Assembly (NCBI GenBank): GCA_002104905.1
Contig: MCFE01000174.1
Span: 1 to 64,000, forward strand
Direction of reading: 5' to 3'
From: Basidiobolus meristosporus CBS 931.73
Taxonomy: Eukaryota > Fungi > Basidiobolomycota
Length of the DNA: 64,000 nt
The notes below the pieces were generated by a model. It was given only the letters and a program-made list of their open reading frames with translations. It made no database searches and was not told where the DNA came from. Shown here piece by piece: positions 59,701 through 64,000 of this stretch (position 1 is the stretch's first letter; every line of letters begins with the position of its first letter). Both the position numbers and the translations under genes were made by a program.

Positions 59701-61651
59701 AACCCAAGAAACTGAACTCAGCAGAACAAAACTATGCAGTGCATGAAAAGGAGGTGCATGCTATAATACACTGTTTGAAGACATGGAGATGCTATATTGA
59801 AGGAGTCAAATGCACTGTGAAGACTGATCATGCCTCCCTCAAGTATATACTTACTCAGAAGGTACTCTCTAGACAAATGACAAAATGGAGTGAATATATT
59901 CGGCAATTTGATTGGGCAATTGTCTACTGCCCTGGAAAAGACAACATGGTTGCTGACACCTTATCAAGATTAGAACAAGTTGCACAACTCAACTTGGTGC
60001 ATGAATTAGATTTGCCTAGCCTATTACCAAAGTACTTGAAGCACCAAGCCATTCCTAATGAGGTGGATGAAGATATCTAGAAGATAATCTGGGATGAAGC
60101 CAGCAAATTATAGTATAGGATAAAACACTCTACCAATTTGTTGATGGAAGCCCTAATGCTTATTGCCCTGATGTTGCTTGCATGGATTTAATACATAAGC
60201 TACACAATGGATATGGACATCTTGGAATTGAAGGAACCTATAGCCTTGTGTGAGCCAGAGCCTGACAGCCAAGAATGAATCATGACATTGAGAAGCTAGT
60301 GAAAACATGCTCAAATTGCCAAATCAACCAAGGCCAATCACAGAGAATTGCTGAACTCTTTCCCTTGGAGCCTGTAATACATTCAAAAGCTGGGGAATTG
60401 ACTTTAATGTAAGACTGCCAACTACCAGGAAATGCAACCATTGGATCCTAGTAGCAATTGACCATGCCACTAAATGGCCAGTGGCTAAAGCTGTATCTAT
60501 AGCCAGTGAACAAGAAGTTGCAAGTTTTATCTGCGATGAGATCCTTCACAAGTTTGGATGCCCTGTAGAGATCTTATTAAATAGAGGAGCAAATTTTATG
60601 GCAAAGACATTGGAAACTTACCTGGAAATTCAGCAGATCAAACATTTGAAAACCTTGGCATATCACCCCAGAACTAATGGAATCACTGAACAATTTGATG
60701 GATTGTTTGGAAAAATGCTGACCAAGTATGCAAATTAAGTTGTTGGTAGATGGGATGAGTATATAGACCAAATACTCTTTGCATGCAGAGTCAGAGTATA
60801 CAACACCACCCAACAATTGCCAGTTTACTTAGTGTATGGATGTGAACCAAGGATTCCAGGAGATCTCACACAACCAAAGCTTACAGACACCTTGGAAGAT
60901 GAGCTCAGTCAGCCAAGTAGACACCAGCAACTGGAACAAAGACGTCAAGAGGCACAGACCAAAGTATCCCAAAGTGCAGAAAAGATGAAGCAGAGATTTG
61001 ATAATGCTATAGCACCAGAAGCATTGACAGTTGGGAACTTTGTTTTGACAAGAAACAACACTTGAAAGAAGTTTGAGCCACAATGTACAGGACCATTCAA
61101 GATCATTAGAGAATGTCCATTTGCAACTTACCAAATAGTGGACTAACAAGGCAATATCCAGGAAGACTTAGTACATAGGGACAGACTCAAGCTTGCAGGA
61201 CTTGCTGATAATACTGAATCATCAAGATATTGGTATCACAAGAAAAGAGATTCAGGAGAACCCTGTCTACTTTGGTAGGGGAGAATGTTATGATCTGCTG
61301 CTTGAATGTTTAAGTTAGATCAGTTATTAATCAAATCAATCATTAGATGTTTAGCTTATCAGTATATCAATATTATCTATCTTATCAGTAGCATTAGTCA
61401 GCAAACAAATCAGCAGATCATTATCTGACAAAATAGATATATTAAGTAGGAACTTATTGGGTGACAATGGTGCAATCAAATGAGTCATAAGCTACAGCCA
61501 ACATTAGGAAATACAATTAGTCCATAATTAATCTGGAAAATGTATTTAAGGTGCTGCTGGAACCTCAATAAAGATCAGTTCAAGCTTTAGTCAATATAAT
61601 ACTTGCTAAACTCCCTATTACTCTGCAACTCTTATACCAAAACTTGTAACA
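56748..61651 (+). mobile_element. Old full-length Ty3/gypsy element, degenerate: LTRs 56748-57116 and 61286-61651; gag ~57170-57810; pol ~57850-61270
   Basis: TGT...GTAACA LTRs, visibly diverged; PBS TGGTAGCAG (57118-57126, iMet-like); PPT GGTAGGGGAGAA. Motifs NLGTWLFQIEE, CFSCHQQGHVAKYC, IMVDSGA, LRMCIDYRALN, YLDDILIYS, LCTDASDYAIG, YHPRTNG. Many stops; no clean TSD. Confidence 0.93.
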
Positions 61652-62682
61652 AATGTAAAGGGGTTTCTTAAAGTGGTCTCTAAAGAGGTCATTAGACTAA
61701 AGGGTGTCTTTAGCTTAAAGTGGTCTCTTAGAGAGGACTTTTCAATAGAAAAGTGGTAGTTTTCTTGTAGAACTTAGATTGAGTTGTTGTGAGCTTTGCA
61801 GCCACCTAATAAAAAAATGTTAGGAAAAGGCCAGCAAAATGCCATTATTATATCAGCTGAAATCAAGTTTTTCAAAATTGACAACTGTCAATATCTCTGT
61901 TGTTGGCTGATAGGCAGACAAGGAAACAAGTTCTTCAGGAGGAGACTATGCCTACTAGAATCCACACCAAGTTTGGTAATTAACTGTCAATTACTTTCAT
62001 CAAAAATTGGATTTGAGATTTTGAACCAAAACACCAGCTGAATACCAGCAAAATACCAGCTGAAAATCAGATGAGTCCTAAGTTTGGGATTATTCATAGG
62101 CATCTCTTCACTGATGCAGTCATGATCAAATTCAGAATACTCAACAGTGCAAGGAACGCAGGTGAAGTCTTATAGTCTTTACATTTGTAATTGTAGTGCA
62201 GAGACTTTAGAAAGAGAGGCTCTTATAATTTTTAGCTGGGGAAGTCACTTATTTGAAAATTCTGAAGGATCACAGTTTTTGGGCAATTGTGCAAGCAATA
62301 CCCAGGATAAAAGCTAATATTTTGCAGTGGCACAGATTGGACATAGGCTCAGCATCTGTGAAAATATCACGCAAATTGATTGGCTAGTTTAAAAGTTACA
62401 TGCAATCAAAGTCACCATAGTAATCCTAGCAATAGATGTATAGTAAATATGGTTATTAAGCTCTGTTGATCAAAACTCCTCAAGTACTGCGTCCAATGGG
62501 CTGTAATTAGAATCATGTATCAACTACTAAGTGTTCTGCATGATATAATATTTTTAAGTGGATTGCTAGTCAGGGTCATGAGCTTTTGTCCTTCAAATTT
62601 GAAATTTCTTGATCTTTCATTTGTGCATTACGATAGCAAAAGCAAAATAAAGAAATGGGTGCAATATTGGTTTTGAGAGATT
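61652..62682. repeat. Old dispersed repeat (reverse-complement homologue of 41.5-42.3 kb; part also at 23.1-23.5 kb)
   Basis: By-eye alignment; the sequence continues for a short distance after the foldback at 63277. Confidence 0.55.
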
Positions 62683-63274
62683 AGACCTGTTCTGTTGGAT
62701 AGTGCTACATTGAGCCATGAGTGCCAAATGATGCCATAGTGTGCCAGAGAGGTCAAGTGAGCCTATAATTGGCCACAGAGTGTGAAACATAGCTCTGCAT
62801 CTTCATGTAAAGCGGCCCCTGTGTTTCACCCATTGCGCAGGAGAAAATCCATTTTTTGACCTTTTTTAGTGGACCAATGTAGCTCAGGATGTGAAAAAGC
62901 ACAGGAGAACTGAAGATATGCATCAGTTACTCAATACCCATGGCACTCCAAATCTAGCTCCTGTAGCTTGTATCATGTCACAAAAATGAATGGCACTATC
63001 TTGGTCCACTGGTACTATCTGGCACTTTATTTAAATATTAGCCCTAAAGTAAGATCTATACAAAGTACTTATAGTGGCAGATAGTACCAGTGTAAGGTCA
63101 AAAAATGGATTTTCACCAACACAATGGGTGAAACACACGGGCTGCTTTGCATGAAGATGTAGAGCTATGTTTCACACTCTGTGGCCAGGTAGAGGCTCAC
63201 TTGGCCTCTCTGGCACACTATGGCATCATTTGGCACGCATGGCTCAATGTGGCACTATCCAACAGAACAAGTCT
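62683..63274. mobile_element. Foldback Harbinger-family element, copy 2 (592 bp; right arm internally deleted)
   Basis: TIRs AGACCTGTTCTGTTGG / CCAACAGAACAAGTCT; TSD ATT; near-identical to 36185-36918 with the spacer in the opposite orientation. Confidence 0.9.
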
Positions 63275-63299
63275 ATTGTAGTGATGGAATACTTTTCAT

Positions 63300-63850
63300 T
63301 ACTACAAATCCCTCAACAATAAATTATTTTCCCTTTTATTAGTTTACCAACTTGTTGATTAGTGTGATCACTGCTACCTGCTGCTACCTGAACTTCCAAT
63401 CCCAGACCACAGGACACTCCCTGGAAACCACCCTGACAGCCAACCAGCATTAGAGGCACTGCTGGTGAGGAACACTCATTGGAGGTATCATGGTATTGTA
63501 TTTGACAGTTTCCCAAGCTTGTTCTTGTACAGGCAAAGATACTTTTCACTCTTTGTTAATATTGACCACAGCTGCATTCTTACCAAATCCCTACTGGTGG
63601 AGTTTACTGTTTTTTAGACTTTAGAAGCTCTAGCACTGAGGCATCTCAAAGGATGCTGGACCCAGCACATACTTATGATTAGATGCTAGGCAAGTTGGGG
63701 ATTGTAGCTCAATAGTTTTCCCTTGACAAGCTTGTGGCTTTATTCTCCTTTACACTAGAGTAAAGACAGAACCCAAGTATTCCCAGCAAGCTTTTGCCAG
63801 AGGTTATTGCATGCAGTGAATACTCCAAGCACATAACACTTAAGAAGTAC
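63300..63850. repeat. Diverged LTR-like sequence related to the 800-bp family
   Basis: TTGATTAG..TGATCACTGC.ACCTGC and AGAGGTTATTGCA blocks are shared with 39335-39540. Ends not defined. Confidence 0.4.
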
Positions 63851-64000
63851 TGAACATATCCCTTCTTTGAGCTTTTAGATCAGACCCATGATCCCTTAAT
63901 TATTCCCCAATATTCCTTACTTAGTGTTACTGTTGTATTACTTCTACAAAGGTATAAATTCTGAGCTTTGTTATGAATAAACAACAGACCAATTATTATC

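Overview
Eukaryotic, intron-rich sequence with 45-75 nt GT-AG introns. The gene set suggests an early-diverging fungus; this is an inference. No bacterial features, CRISPR arrays, rRNA or tRNA genes were seen. The window has two compartments. (1) 1-23.1 kb is CpG-containing and genic. It holds a sigma-like GST, a MED25-like Mediator subunit (VWA + Q-rich + ACID), an HSBP1-like gene, mitochondrial uS17, three intronless FlbC-like C2H2 zinc-finger paralogues, one solo LTR and several possible decayed gene relics. (2) 23.1-64 kb is almost entirely nested transposons and is nearly devoid of CpG. It holds Ty1/copia fragments and a deleted mini-copia, solo LTRs with intact TSDs, CACTA-like elements with CCCTA termini, a PIF/Harbinger-like family (two transposase copies, 211-bp MITEs, foldback palindromes) and two Ty3/gypsy elements. 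The young gypsy at 46711-53484 has 387-bp LTRs with 5 mismatches and a CACAG TSD. It carries an extra ~390-aa ORF between pol and the 3' LTR that does not look like env; this is the most novel-looking item. All translations, alignments and family assignments were made by eye and from memory, with no database searches.
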